Assembly: GCF_006345805.1 (NCBI RefSeq)
Contig: NC_043007.1
Location: 32,426,001 to 32,490,000 of the forward strand
Reading direction: 5' to 3'
Length of the DNA stretch: 64,000 nt
Source of the DNA: Octopus sinensis
Lineage: Eukaryota
Part shown: positions 40,773 through 52,460 of the stretch, piece by piece
How the letters are laid out: every line of letters begins with the position of its first letter
Numbering within the stretch: position 1 is the first letter of the stretch
Translations under genes and position numbers: made by a program
The notes under the pieces: generated by a model
Databases searched by the model: none
Told to the model about the DNA's origin: nothing
What the model saw: the letters and a program-made list of their open reading frames with translations, nothing else

Positions 40773-41573
40773 CTATTAAATAAACAAAAATTAAAAGATA
40801 AAATCTGTGAACATTTTAGAACAAATTTTAGCATTTGATTCAGGTAAGCTCTGAAGTGTTTTAAAAGTAAGATTCACAGCCATTAAGTACAGATGTTATC
40901 AAGTTATTTTGTTAAGCATCACAAAATATTCAGAGACACACAAAAAGTTTAGCAGTCGATAAATTTAATTTTACTTTAGAAAGCAATTAACATTTAAGTG
41001 TATATGACTGTAATTATAGGCAACTCAATCAAACCTTTATTAGTTTTCCAAAATAATACATCATTTGAATAAACCAGTTCCATACAGACACAGAGCTGTT
41101 TTTAATGGAGTAAAAAATAGAAGTGGTGATATTCAGGTCTTTCGTGAGTGTATGAATAATGTAGGTGAAGTAAAACCGTTTTCCAAAAGAGGAATTGAAA
41201 CAAAATTGTGGGCTCATTCACTGAAAATTTATAATTGCCTTGACATGTCCACTGCAAGCATATTGAAATGTGGTACCCATAGTAAGCACCAAAATAATAA
41301 ATTATAAAGTAATTAAATAAAATGAATGATGGCTTTTCTAGTAATTCTACTGATAATTCATGAACGATGGTTTTCTGAAATATATGATGTACCAATTTGA
41401 TTCTCATTTTCTCTGGAACATATGATAGAAAACAGACCTAGTCTAAATTATGTATGGTTCTAGTTAAAAACTCTGGTTCTTAGCCTAGAACATGCAAAGC
41501 AAATTTTACCTTTTACCCTCCAGGGTCAATTAAATAAACTCTAGTAAAATACTGATACTAATGAAACCAATCT

Positions 41574-41947
41574 ACATTATTTACATTTGACGGTTATTTG
41601 TCCTCATCTTGTTTGTTGTTAACACAACCTTTCGGCTGATATATCCTCCAGCCTTCATCAGGTGTCTTGGGGAAATTTCGAACCTGGGTTTTCATTCCTA
41701 AGATATTTTTCAATGTTATTATTATTTTTATTATTCATGTCACTGCCTGGAATCGAACTCGGAATCTTGGGGTTAGTAGCCCGCGCTCTTAACCAATAAT
41801 AATAATAATAGCATTGAAAAATACCTTATGAATAAGAACCCAGGTTCAAAATTTCCCCAAGACCCCTGATGAAGGCTGAATGGTATATCAACCGAAACGT
41901 GTTAACAAACAAGATGAGGTCAAATATCTGTCTAATGTAAATAATGT
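41574..41947. mobile_element. Inverted-repeat Penelope-type terminal element with hammerhead-like core and central tRNA-derived segment
   Basis: Arms at about 41574-41720 and 41805-41947. CTGATGA at 41866 and GAAAC at 41894. Segment 41739-41795 reads TGGTTAAG...GTTCGATTCC (A/B-box-like) on the minus strand. Confidence 0.7.
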
Positions 41948-42259
41948 ATATAATTCCTCATCTCTTAAATATAGAACTGAAATCAATCTATATACCATAT
42001 GTGAGCAAGAGAGGTAGACACCTTTCTATATTTTCTCAAGATGTTTGAAGAACATCAGACAAAATGTTTGGTAAGTATTCAGTTTTGTTTCTCCAGTTCC
42101 AAGTTCCAATTCTGCCATGGTCAAGTTGGCACTCATGTTGTGGGATTGATTCTGTGGATTGAAGTTCTTCCTTTCATTTAAAAGAAATCCATGACATGCT
42201 TTGTCAATTGGTAGATATATACTTCATGGCATACAGTGAGAAATATTGTGAGCTAAGCA

Positions 42260-42568
42260 GTAGTGCAGACTTGTTCAACTTAATGCCGTAAGGTCGTAAG
42301 TTCAATTCCTGTTGACGTGTTGCGTCCTTGAGCGAGACATTTTATTTCACATTGCCCCAGTCCACTCAGCTGGCAAAAACGAGTAGTATCTGTATTTCAA
42401 AGGGCTAGTCTTGACACATTCTGTGTAATGCTGAATCTTCCTGAGAACTACGTTAAGGGTACACGTGTCTGCGGAGTGCTCAGCCACTTGCACGTTAATT
42501 TCACAAACAAGCTGTTCTGTTGATCACATCAGCTGGGACCCTCGTTGTCGTAACCGACGGAGCGCTCC
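42260..42568 (+). mobile_element. tRNA-derived SINE sharing the 3' body of 310-690
   Basis: Different head, same gctgaatc...ggagtgctcagccacttgcacg...taaccgacggag tail. Related copies lie near 4510-4790 (minus) and 50312-50530. Confidence 0.7.
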
Positions 42569-43498
42569 TTTAATGCCGCTAGTATGGACGATGGATGTAG
42601 AATCAATGCTGCAGACACAGGCATGAGGTTAAAGCACTTTCAGACTTATTCAACAGTACGGAAAACAGATATAGATATAGAGATGTCGCAGATGTCATTA
42701 GTAATAATTTGAACCAACGAGGGAGCCTCTGTGTCACTCATCAACCAGCTATGGATAGTAACCAAATCTTTCTCATCCTACAGTCTGAAATAAAGAAAGA
42801 ATGCATGAGAGAATTTAACCCTACAGACTCCTAAAAAAAGATGGGCTAGCCATAGATTTTGAATTGTAGGTTTGCCTCATCGGAGTTGATCTGGTTTTAA
42901 GTGCATGTGTATGTGTGTATGTCATAGTTATTATCCAATATCCGCAGTGCAGTCATCATCATCATCATCATTTTCATCCTCATTTAACATCTGTTCTCCA
43001 TTTTGGTATGTGTCGGATGCTTTGATAGGAATTGGTAAACCAGAGGACTGCATCAAGTTCCAATAGCTACTTTGGCATGGTTTCTCTTGGCGCCAACTAT
43101 TTTTAAGAGTATGATGTTTTATGTGGTACTGGCACTAGTGAGGCTGTGTATGCACATATTCAAGCACACACCAGATATTTGAGAATATAAAGTTTATTTC
43201 AAATCGGTACCAGAAATGCTATCTCTTCAGAATCAACCTTATGAGCAGTCAAAAGAAAGAATTAATTTTGACAAAAGGGCAATGAATTGTAGAACCAGTA
43301 GAGTGTAAGACAAAATGCATAGCAATATTTATTTACTTCAGTTTATATTCTGAGTTCAAATCCTAATGAGGGCAGCTTTTATAATTTCATCTTTCTGGGG
43401 CCAATAAAAGCAGAGGGTTAACTATTGGGATGGATATATTCAACTACACTCTCCTTGTACCTGTGTTAGAATGCAGACCACCTTTAATATATATATGT

Positions 43499-43705
43499 GG
43501 AAGTGCAATGGCCCAGTGGTTAGGGCAGCGGACTCGTGGTTTCGATTCCCAGACCGGGCGTTGTGAGTGTTTATTGAGCGAAAACATCTAAAGCTCCACG
43601 AGGCTCTGGTAGGGGGCGGTGTCATTTGAAGACTAAAACAATGCAAAGCGCATTGTGACCAGCGATGTGTAGCAACATCTGATAGCCTGGTTGGTCATGG
43701 TGATA
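43499..43705 (+). mobile_element. tRNA-derived SINE, shorter variant
   Basis: Same head as 310-690, with gtgaccagcgatgtgtagcaac 3' end. Confidence 0.75.
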
Positions 43706-44220
43706 TATATATGAATGGTTTTCTAATTGGAATAACTAATTAACTCCAAGCATCTCAGATATGTAATGCAAGAAAGTTGACAAAAACATAGGAGTCAAAC
43801 CTGTAATATAGTATTACACTGAAGGAGAGAGAGAGGATAAAATATATTACTGATTTTTAGGTACCAAAATTAAAAGTTGTATTATATTTGGTATCACGTT
43901 ATACAGGAGTAAATATGTAAATCTAACTTTATGACATACTAACTCTGGAAGCTATAAGGTGTAAAAACCAATTCTGGCTGAATTTGAAAATAAAACACAA
44001 AAGAGACAAAACTAAATACAATATACAAAAAAAAAAAAAGGTGGTGGGGGTAGGTACCCTGAAAGGATGAACAGCAATGCTCACTTCCATGGGATTTGAA
44101 CTCAGATTGCAAAGAACTGGAAAAAAATACTGCCAGGCATTTGATTTGATGCTCTAAAAATTCCGCCAACTCACCACCTTAATTATAGCAACACATGTTG
44201 GTATTGTTATATAGACCTGC

Positions 44221-44385
44221 ACCAATAGCACAGCCCCTACCCACTTCTGCCCCACCTGTGGGAGAGGCTTTCTTGCCCGGATAGGCCTCACCAGCCACCT
44301 CCGGTCTCAAAGCAGCAATTCCACCAAATGATGTCAATAGTCATCTTCGAACCCGAAGGACGAACATTATTATTATTATTATTAT
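44221..44385 (+). mobile_element. RTE-clade LINE 3' end fragment
   Basis: Encodes HFCPTCGRGFLARIGLTSHLRS...* (C-terminal zinc-finger-like motif), then gatgtcaatagtcatcttcgaacccgaaggacgaac and an (att)n tail. Confidence 0.8.
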
Positions 44386-45044
44386 AGACTTGAAAGGATA
44401 AGCAACAATACAATGAAAGCCGTGTTGCAAGAAAATATATTTTTATATAATAGTAAAACAAAATTGCCAGTGAAAACTCTTATTGGCTCATGTGATTTTG
44501 TTATATTAAATGTCCACCTTTGAATACAACTGTACTGTAAGGGAGAATCTGTGTGATCACTGGACCTGTTAGAAATAGCAGGCAAATCTCTCTCAGATCA
44601 CAACAATTAATTTTTTAAAAACAAAAGGGCAGGGCATCTTGATAATGTAGTCCTAGATAAACTATGCCTGGAGATTAAAGAAAAAGGGGTGGGGGATGAT
44701 CATGGCAGGAACAGCTTTGAACAGATGCTAGCTTAACCAGATCTGAACTGGGGTTAGACAACAACAACAACAAAAAACACAGCAGCAACGACAACAACAA
44801 CTACCTCAAAATTTTTGCTTTCTATAAAGGAACAGCATAAAATAAATACGATATCAAAATACTGATTTCTTGAGGAGGTTTATAATTGATATGATGTCCC
44901 TAATATTTAATGTCCCTTATTATTAATTAAGAGAAGTGGGGTTCAACCCCTCAACGACATAGCAAACAAGATACCATAAAGCATTTAAATTAGCTCCTTG
45001 CTCCCTTTAATAAATCCACTGCTAGTGATGTTGTTAATAATAAT

Positions 45045-45480
45045 AATAATTCTTTCTACTATAGGCACAAGGCCTGAAATTTTGGGGGAGGGGGGCTTAG
45101 TCAATTACACTGGCCCCCAATGCTCAACTGGTATTTAATAAGGATGAAAGGCAAATTCAACTTTAATGGAATTTGAACTTAGAACATAATGATAAGCGAA
45201 ATACCATTTAGCATTTTGTCCAGCATGCTTACAATTCTGCCATCTCATTGCCTTAATAATAATAATCCTTTCTACTGTAGGCACAAGGCCTGAAATGTGG
45301 GGGAAGGGGACTAGTCGATTACATCACCCCCAGTGTTTCACTGGTACTCAATTTATCGACCTCGAAAGGATGAAAGGCAAAGTGAACCTCGATGGAATTT
45401 GAACTCAGAACATAAGGAGTGATTAAATGCTGCTAAGCATTTTGCTTGGCATCCTAATGGTTCCTCCAGCTCACCACCTT
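45045..45480 (-). mobile_element. Head-to-tail dimer of second-family SINE
   Basis: Two copies separated by (aat)n. Confidence 0.75.
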
Positions 45481-45688
45481 TATTAATAATAATAATAGAT
45501 CTCAATAATTCTTTTCTATGTGTGTATATATATAATCAGGAAAGCAATAAATTAACGCAATGATAATTTTGTTCAGTTAGTAAAATATATCACAATGAGG
45601 TTAACACCTTAGACATATATATCTGTTAATAGGAAATAGGTGGTAACTGAAAATTACATTACTGACTAAAACACTATATATGTGTGTG

Positions 45689-45935
45689 GGAGGCGCAATG
45701 GCCCAGTGGTTAGGGCAGCGGACTCGCAGTTGTAGGATCTCGGTCTCGATTCCCAGACCTAAAGCTCCACAAGGCTCCAGCAGGAGGGGGGGGGGCGATC
45801 CCTGCCGTACTCTTTCGCCACAACTTTCTCTCACTCTTCCTTCTGTTGGCCTGCTCGCTTAGCCAGCGGGGTGGCGCCATTGTGACCAGCGATGTGTAGC
45901 AACACCCAAGAGCCTGGTCGGTCACGGTGATATAT
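45689..45935 (+). mobile_element. tRNA-derived SINE, shorter variant
   Basis: Same head and 3' end as 43499-43705. Confidence 0.75.
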
Positions 45936-46319
45936 ATATGTATAAAACCAATAATAATATCTAAAAATCTTATCAATTATATTTTAATCTATGAAATCTG
46001 ACTGTCGTAACAACAGTGTGGTGTTGTATGTCTTTCCATTTTCAAAATGAAAAGACATGTATGGTAGCAGAGACTTCATGTCGCTGTGATGTTTATAAAG
46101 TCCCATGAGGCTTTGGGGTTTTTTAAAGGTAAAAACTACTTTGGTATTTAATTGTTGTAAATCCCATTCTTCATGTTGTCCTGGGTTACATGGCTGTATA
46201 AATCCTCTTCAAAAACAATGATGCCAGAAGGGAAATCTGATCCTAATGCAAACCAACTTTAAACTAAGAATGGTAACAATCTGTCAGTTAGGTTGGCTGG
46301 AGACAGTAAATAATTAGTT

Positions 46320-46510
46320 TGTCCGTCATCATCAACAATGACCAAAGACATCGGATGGGAGAAGGGGCAGAGTGTGTCCGATTGTGACCAACCAGTCGAG
46401 TGTGTGCTCAGAAGGCTTTGCCGCAGGCTGGGCACTGGTGATCTGCAACTGAAGGGCAAGGAGTTGGCTCTGGACTTCCACAGTTCACGGTTTCTCTGTG
46501 TGCCTGTGTA
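46320..46510 (-). mobile_element. RTE-clade LINE 3' end fragment (decayed)
   Basis: Minus frame gives HQCPACGKAF*AHTRLVGHNRTH, followed by gatgtctttggtcattgttgatgatgacggac, similar to the 44221 copy. Confidence 0.7.
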
Positions 46511-48503
46511 TATGATTAGCATGGTTGTCTTCCAAGCAGTTAATCCTGGTTCAACTTCGGATGGATCCGGATATGAGTTCTTAATGAAATACAATGGCCA
46601 TGAGATGAAGAGGTTTTTAACTTCTGATCAAAAGATCCCAAGTTTCTTATTATCTACAGCTTTTGTTTGTGCTTCATATGCAAGGTATATTAGTCTTCTA
46701 GCTGGAAACTAGAGGCAAATATTAGTAAATTTTTGATATCAAAGATATCATGGGGAAAATACTTGTAAACTAATATGAAAATGAAATTGGAAAAAGAGGC
46801 TTTTGTATGATCTCTGGACAAAGAGCCTCAGCTTCCCTAATCACTGAGCCACCGTGCCCACCTGCAAAATATTTTCACAGATCTTTCCAAACCATCAACA
46901 TTTTCAGAAATTTATAATATTCAATTGCTGCACTGGAAATATTAATTATTTTAATAAAAATCAATGCCTCTCAAGAGACTGACTACCCACAATCAATTTA
47001 ATATATCAAAATGCTTTGATCTGTTGACTGGTGATATAGGTTCTCGCTACGTTAGATTAAAATTGACTTTTCATAGATGAAAACCCTTTGAAACTCCTGC
47101 ATCAAATGTTACTAAACCGGTTAAACCCTATTGATTTGTAACTAACACTGAGCTGTCTTTTTTTTTATGTTTAAGGTAACATTCTATCAATCTGTCCAAT
47201 CTTTTAACAACAAAAGCTTTTACAAAAAAATTTTTTTTTAAAAAAAAAAGCAAAACAAATAAATCATCCACAATAATAAAATTTATTGGCCAGTAAATAT
47301 AATTTGTACAGTTTTTTAAATATTTTTTCCATCAAACTACTTTTCTACAAAACAAAGGTTTGTAAAACAGAAAATACTGAATCTTAAGTTAGTATGATAA
47401 GAATGTGTTTGTGTGATAATTTGTATATAAATAATATCGTTTATATATATTACTTATATATATATATTAAAAAAAAAAAAAAAAATGCAAAATGCAGAGT
47501 CCATAGAGAAGTGAAATAATAATTATCTCACTAATTTTTTTTTTTTAAGTGTGGATTTGAAACATGCTTCTACCAATATATGTATGTACTGCAAAACATT
47601 GGCATCACATGAATAGTAAAAGAGAAGAGAGAAAGAGTGGATTGTACAATGTAGAAGAAATAAATTACAGATCATTGATGTTGGATAGTGATGAAAAAAG
47701 TGATGTCTGTTGATTTAGTAGAGGTGTGTTTGGTTAGTGACCAAAATGCTAGGCCGAGATAAAAAAAAAAAAACTGCCTGCAAAAATTACAACAATTGCG
47801 GAAGAATGATTTCAAGGGTATTTTAAAAACTCTGGGGTAAATTTGGAATGTAAAATCATTATGCTGAGAGAAAGAGGAAAAGAAGAAGAAAAAAAACTGT
47901 CCAAGATGTTTTGAATTATTTCAGCAGAATCCATCTGGATTAGAACCAGCAGAAAACACAGAATGCGTATTCTGGGAAACCAGACACACACACACAGATG
48001 CACATACACGCACGCAGAAGTATGAGAGTGTTCAGGGCTTTGAAAGAGATGTAAGAAAGTAAGGGACGTTTGTCAAGAAAAAACAATAGGAAAAAAGAAT
48101 AATGAAAAGATATTATATGTTGAGGGATGTAAATTACTTGCAGATTGCAAACAATCTCTTTTGTATGTAACTTCAAAACAAAGTTTGCTCAATGAGAAAG
48201 CTTAACAAAAAAAAAAAAAGGTTTAGGTTTTTTTAAAATGACATTAATCTGATCTCTCTCAAGGGACTTAGATTCACATTCTACCACAGAGTAAAAATAC
48301 CACCTTCTTCTATTTACCTCAGTAAATCTAGTCGGTCTGAATTTTTTTATAGTTTTTCTTTTTTGAAAAAAAAACAAACTGGCTTAGAAATCTCACCCAA
48401 CCATTAAAGACACCTCAACCAAGAATGTAAACTCGTAAATGTATCCATCCAATGCTAGAATGGAAAATATGAAACAGGTAGGGGCAAAAAAAAAAAGTCC
48501 TAC

Positions 48504-48613
48504 CGACTGTTTAGTCTATTGGTAATTCTGCCCCTAGCTCGTCCACGACTCCGAGCCCGTTTTGGTTTGTTCTCAGGAAACTCAGTTTCATCAAATGTGG
48601 CTGGTTTTTTTTC
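48504..48613 (-). CDS. QSER1-like: Coding exon (phase 0-2): EKKPATFDETEFPENKPKRARSRGRARGRITNRLNS
   Basis: tgtattttag acceptor, gtagga donor, 110 nt open; its phases bridge the neighbouring exons exactly. Not in the ORF track. Confidence 0.8.
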
Positions 48614-48939
48614 CTAAAATACAAAGCAGATATTTAAAAAAAAAATTTTTTTAATGTATGATAACATTTATAAAATTAAAAGCAAAGTGTTGTACGAATA
48701 TTTTCCCCCCCTTTCTAACAATCATTAGCATTATCTATACTTAAAGCCAACAAAGTTTCTTTCATTGAAATAGAGATGCCCAAGTCCTAAACCAAAGAAA
48801 ACCTGGTTTACTGTGTGTAGGGGAAAACACTGGATGGAAATTTTTTTTTTTAAGAGAGAAAAGAGAATGATTAACTTTCTACTGAAACATGGTTTACTTT
48901 TGACAAACTTTACAGTTTTTTAGTTAAAATTACTATCAT

Positions 48940-49290
48940 CGTCATTTAACATTCGCTTTGCATGCTGGCATGGGTTGGACGGTTTGACTGAGGACTGGCA
49001 AGCCTGAAGGCTGCACCAAGCTCCAATCTGATCTGGCAAAGTTTCTACAGCTGGATACCCTTCCTAACGCCAACCACTCCGAAAGTGTAGTGGGTGCTCT
49101 TACGTGCCACCAGCATAGGAGATAGTCAGGTGGTAGTGGCAATGAGCATGCTCAAAAGGTGTTTTTTATGTGCCACCTGCACGGGAGCCAGTCCGGCGGC
49201 ACTGGCAAAGACCACACTCATTTGAAAGGTGCTTTTTACGTTCCACGGGCATGGGAGCCAGTCAGCAGCCCTAGCAACGGCTGGTGCGAT
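48940..49290 (-). mobile_element. RTE-tailed short retroelement
   Basis: Family sequence, inverted relative to 49960-50295. Confidence 0.8.
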
Positions 49291-49559
49291 ATTTTCAAGA
49301 AATCTTCTAATACTTTGAATGATTCAGAAAAGGAAGGGCTGTGCTTGTGGGACTGTTTAAAACTTCTATGAGTATCTGAAGGAAATTATCCTCAAACCAG
49401 GCCTAGTCTGATTTCTTGTAACAAGAATGGACTTAACTAAAGGGACCACAATGGCCTGTGCTTCAGAGAGTCGGCTGATTTTGTGCCAGGTAGGCTCATG
49501 ACTTAGAAGTTAGAGTATTTGGCTCCCAATCACGAGGCTGTGAATTTGGTTTCTGAAGA

Positions 49560-50295
49560 AGCATTGCATCTGGTGTGCAAGAGATGTTTGTGCTGGTATG
49601 GAAAATGCACTATGGATGGATGAGGAGAGCTGTGTGAAGAAGTGCCACTCCCAAACAGTTGAAGGAATTCGGGGTAGAGGTAGATACAGGAAGACATGGG
49701 ACGAGGTGGTCAAGCATCACTTTCAAATGTTGGGCCTCGGAGAGGCAATGACAAAAGACCGAGACTTCTGGAGATATGCTGTGACTGTGAAGACCCGGCA
49801 AATAAAGTGAGTTAATGGCTGTATCCTACACCAGCTTCGCATAACCAGCCCCAGCCCATTCAAAAGCACCTTGAGTTGTAGCGTAAACTGCTGTGCTTGA
49901 GGAGACCTATTGTGTCGAGTACATCAACATCAAAATGAAAATCAAATGGAAATTGTAGTTGTGATATCTGTGCAGGTGGCACGTAAAAAGCACCAACCGA
50001 ATGTGGCCGATGCCAGCACTGCCTTGATTGGCTTCCGTGCCAGTGGCACGTAAAAAGCACAAACCGATCGTGGCCATTGCCAGCCTCCTCTGGCCCCCGT
50101 GCTGGTGGCACATAAAAAGCACCCACAACACTCATAGAGTGGTTGGCATTAGGAATGACATCCAGCTGTAGAAACACTGCCAGATCAGACTGGAGCCTGG
50201 TGCAGCCGCCTGGCTTCCCAGGCCCCCCAGTCGAACCATCCAACCCATGCTAGCATGGAAAACGGACATTAAAAAATGCTGCTGCTGATGATGAT
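49560..50295 (+). mobile_element. RTE-type LINE ORF2 C-terminal fragment plus 3' UTR with (gat)n-type tail
   Basis: ...MDEESCVKKCHSQTVEGIRGRGRYRKTWDEVVKHHFQMLGLGEAMTKDRDFWRYAV resembles the RTE C-terminus; the 3' UTR is shared with many nearby short elements. Confidence 0.8.
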
Positions 50296-51150
50296 GTAGA
50301 GTGTTGTGTCCTTAAGCAAGACGCTTATATTTCACATAGCTCTGATTCACGCAGATGGGAAAAAATGAGTAGTATCTGCATTTCAAAGGGCCAACCACGA
50401 TACATACTGTATCACACTGAATCTCCCTCAGAACTATGTTTAGGGTATGCGTGTCAGTACAGTGCTCAGCCACATGCATGTTAACTCCACGAACAGGCTG
50501 GAGCCCTTGTCGTCGTACCAGATGGAATGCCCGTTGGTTTTGTGCCACCTACACTCAAACCCACCTGATTATCTTGTCTGTCCTTCTCTCGTCATTACAC
50601 CCCTTTGCTCAGGCTTGCTCTCTTATAATATCAGCCCTCTAGGATTCCCTCTCTATTCATGTTTTCCATCCAGCTGCCAACTTGCAGTGGCATCAATAGA
50701 ACATTAAAAATGTTGATTTCATTGGTTTAAAAACGGGAAAAATCCATAAATATAAATAATTATTCTGAAGAGAGGGAGGGGGACCATTTCTAATTTCTAT
50801 TCACAATTTCTATATTGAATATGATTCATTTCTTGGACTTCATATACATTATAATAAACCATGACAATGGTGATGATAACAACAACAACAATAACGATTA
50901 TCATAATTTATGCAGGTGGTGGAAGCAACAGTCCAAAAAGTTTTTAATAACAATTTAAATACCTTGGTGAACGAAAGAAGTGAACGAATGTGGAAAGTAA
51001 TTTTCTTTTTTGTGCAAAACTTAACTTTTAAAGAAATCACAATGGTAATAGTCAACAGGAGGAGGGGAGGAAGGAGGAGGAGGAGGAGAGGAAGAAGCAG
51101 CAGCGCTCATTATGTCTTATTGTCTGAGCCAACAACAAAAGAAATCTTAC

Positions 51151-51281
51151 CATGGCAAATGGAGTCCAAGCAGGGTCTTTATCAGAATCATAGTTCTCAG
51201 CACTGTCTGCACTATCACTCTTGAGGCCAAAAAGCATACCAGCAACGTGGTCTGTGTCACTTCCAGAATCAGAGCCGAGTT
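51151..51281 (-). CDS. QSER1-like: Coding exon (phase 1-0): LGSDSGSDTDHVAGMLFGLKSDSADSAENYDSDKDPAWTPFAM
   Basis: Polypyrimidine tract then catcag acceptor; gtaaga donor; 131 nt; acidic/Ser-rich with a DSDKDPAWTP motif. Confidence 0.8.
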
Positions 51282-51384
51282 CTGATGAAGATAGAGAAAA
51301 AGAGGGAAAACCCTGTATAAAACTAGCAAAATATTTGTTTATTTGGTGAGGTAAACACTATTACAGGCTGAAATAAAAATTAAA

Positions 51385-51716
51385 GCAAGGGCACTCAGAG
51401 AGCGCAAACCTCTGCCAAGGCAACACCAACGTCCTCTCAACGATTAGTCAGAGGTGATTTTCAAAATGAGATTTATCTGAAATAAATACTAAAAATGAAC
51501 CCAACTGCTCTCAAAAATTAAGTTTAAAAAACCTGGAAAAAATAATCCAGAATCCTTGCCCGGTACCAGATCGATCCCCAAATCTAATCAGTTTGTGCCA
51601 GTCACGAGGCCAAACATTCCCGAAAGTTTCATCCAAATCCATCCAGTGGTTCTTGAGATATCTTGTCCATGGATGAACAAGCAAATGTGACTGAAAGGTG
51701 GAGGTAATAATGGTCC
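51385..51716. mobile_element. Possible Helentron-associated (HINE/DINE-like) non-autonomous element
   Basis: gcaaacctctgccaaggc near the start, tttcatccaaatccatccagtggttcttgagata internally and ggtggaggtaa at the end; recalled resemblance only. Confidence 0.4.
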
Positions 51717-52059
51717 ATAACAGACTGAAAATACCAGCAAACAGAATAGTAAAGATATAGTCTTGATAATGGATATTACTGGTTTTGTAGTTTATACGCT
51801 TACAGTGATTGGTAGCAACAACTAGGGGTAGTTTCAGTTGAAGTGGTATCAACAGGGTTAAAGTGATTTGTAGAATTTTACCAAGTCAACCAAGTCTATT
51901 TACATTTTGTAAGGATCTCAATAAATATATATAATAAAGTTTGATGCTGGAATTCCAAGTGTACGTTAATTAATTCAAGAGTATCTTTGGTGGTTCCTTG
52001 CAGTCATTTTCTTGAATGCTGAATACAAGAATGGTATCACGACGTGGATTTAATGGTAT

Positions 52060-52460
52060 TATTCTTTTATTCTTTTACATGTGTTGTAGATTATTTGACT
52101 GTGGCCATGCTGGGGCACCACCTTTAGTCAAGCAAATCAACCCCTGGACATATTCTTTGTAAGCCTAGTGCTTATTATATCGGTCTCCTTTGATGAACTG
52201 CTAAGTTACGGGGACGTAAACACACCTGCATCGGTTGTCAAGCGATGTTGAGGGAACAAACAGACACACAAACACATACATGCATATATAAATACGACGG
52301 GCTTCTTTCGGTTTCCGGCTACCAAATCCACTTGCATGGCTTTGGTCAACCTGAGGCTACAGTAGAGGACACTTACCCAAGGTGGTACACAGTGGGACTG
52401 AACCTAGAGCCATGTGGTTGGTAAGCAAGCTACTTACTACACAGCCACTCCTACGCCAGT
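52060..52460 (-). mobile_element. tRNA-derived SINE, third family (ggagtggctgtgt...caccttgggtaagtgtc...)
   Basis: Full copy. Fragments near 5060-5500, 14350-14550, 14830-14970, 30300-30600, 31540-31730 and 62880-63130. Confidence 0.7.

Larger units (their letters stand above)
1921..51281 (-). other. QSER1-like: Partial spliced gene, QSER1/PRR12-family (DUF4211) protein; 10 coding exons found, 5' and 3' exons not found
   Basis: Ten exons with AG/GT boundaries join in one frame (intron phases 1,0,2,0,0,2,0,0,2,1,0). ESFNIYMRIFLSQALES...NDQFFLKALQTIDSLI resembles the QSER1 C-terminus as I recall it (ETFKSYMELLVSIALD...NDELLLPHMKKIDGML). Family assignment is from memory, not a search. Confidence 0.8.

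Noticed and set aside
40773-40804. Upstream in-frame alternative acceptor (cacag) for exon 40670
   Set aside because: The added sequence is the polypyrimidine tract, and its phase 0 does not match the phase-2 donor at 48504.
41065-41307. Plus-strand ORF containing RHRAV, as in the duplicated exons
   Set aside because: Wrong strand, and no similarity beyond five residues; coincidence.
41739-41795. Standalone tRNA genes here and at the SINE heads (310, 16506, 61793)
   Set aside because: Only A/B-box-bearing partial cloverleaves fused to repeat bodies; no complete acceptor stem.
46338-46712. 124-aa plus-strand ORF
   Set aside because: It overlaps an RTE LINE remnant on the opposite strand and has no recognisable protein features.
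51282-51312. Upstream alternative acceptor (tacag) for exon 51151
   Set aside because: The extension looks like a pyrimidine tract. It cannot be fully excluded because the upstream exon was not found.
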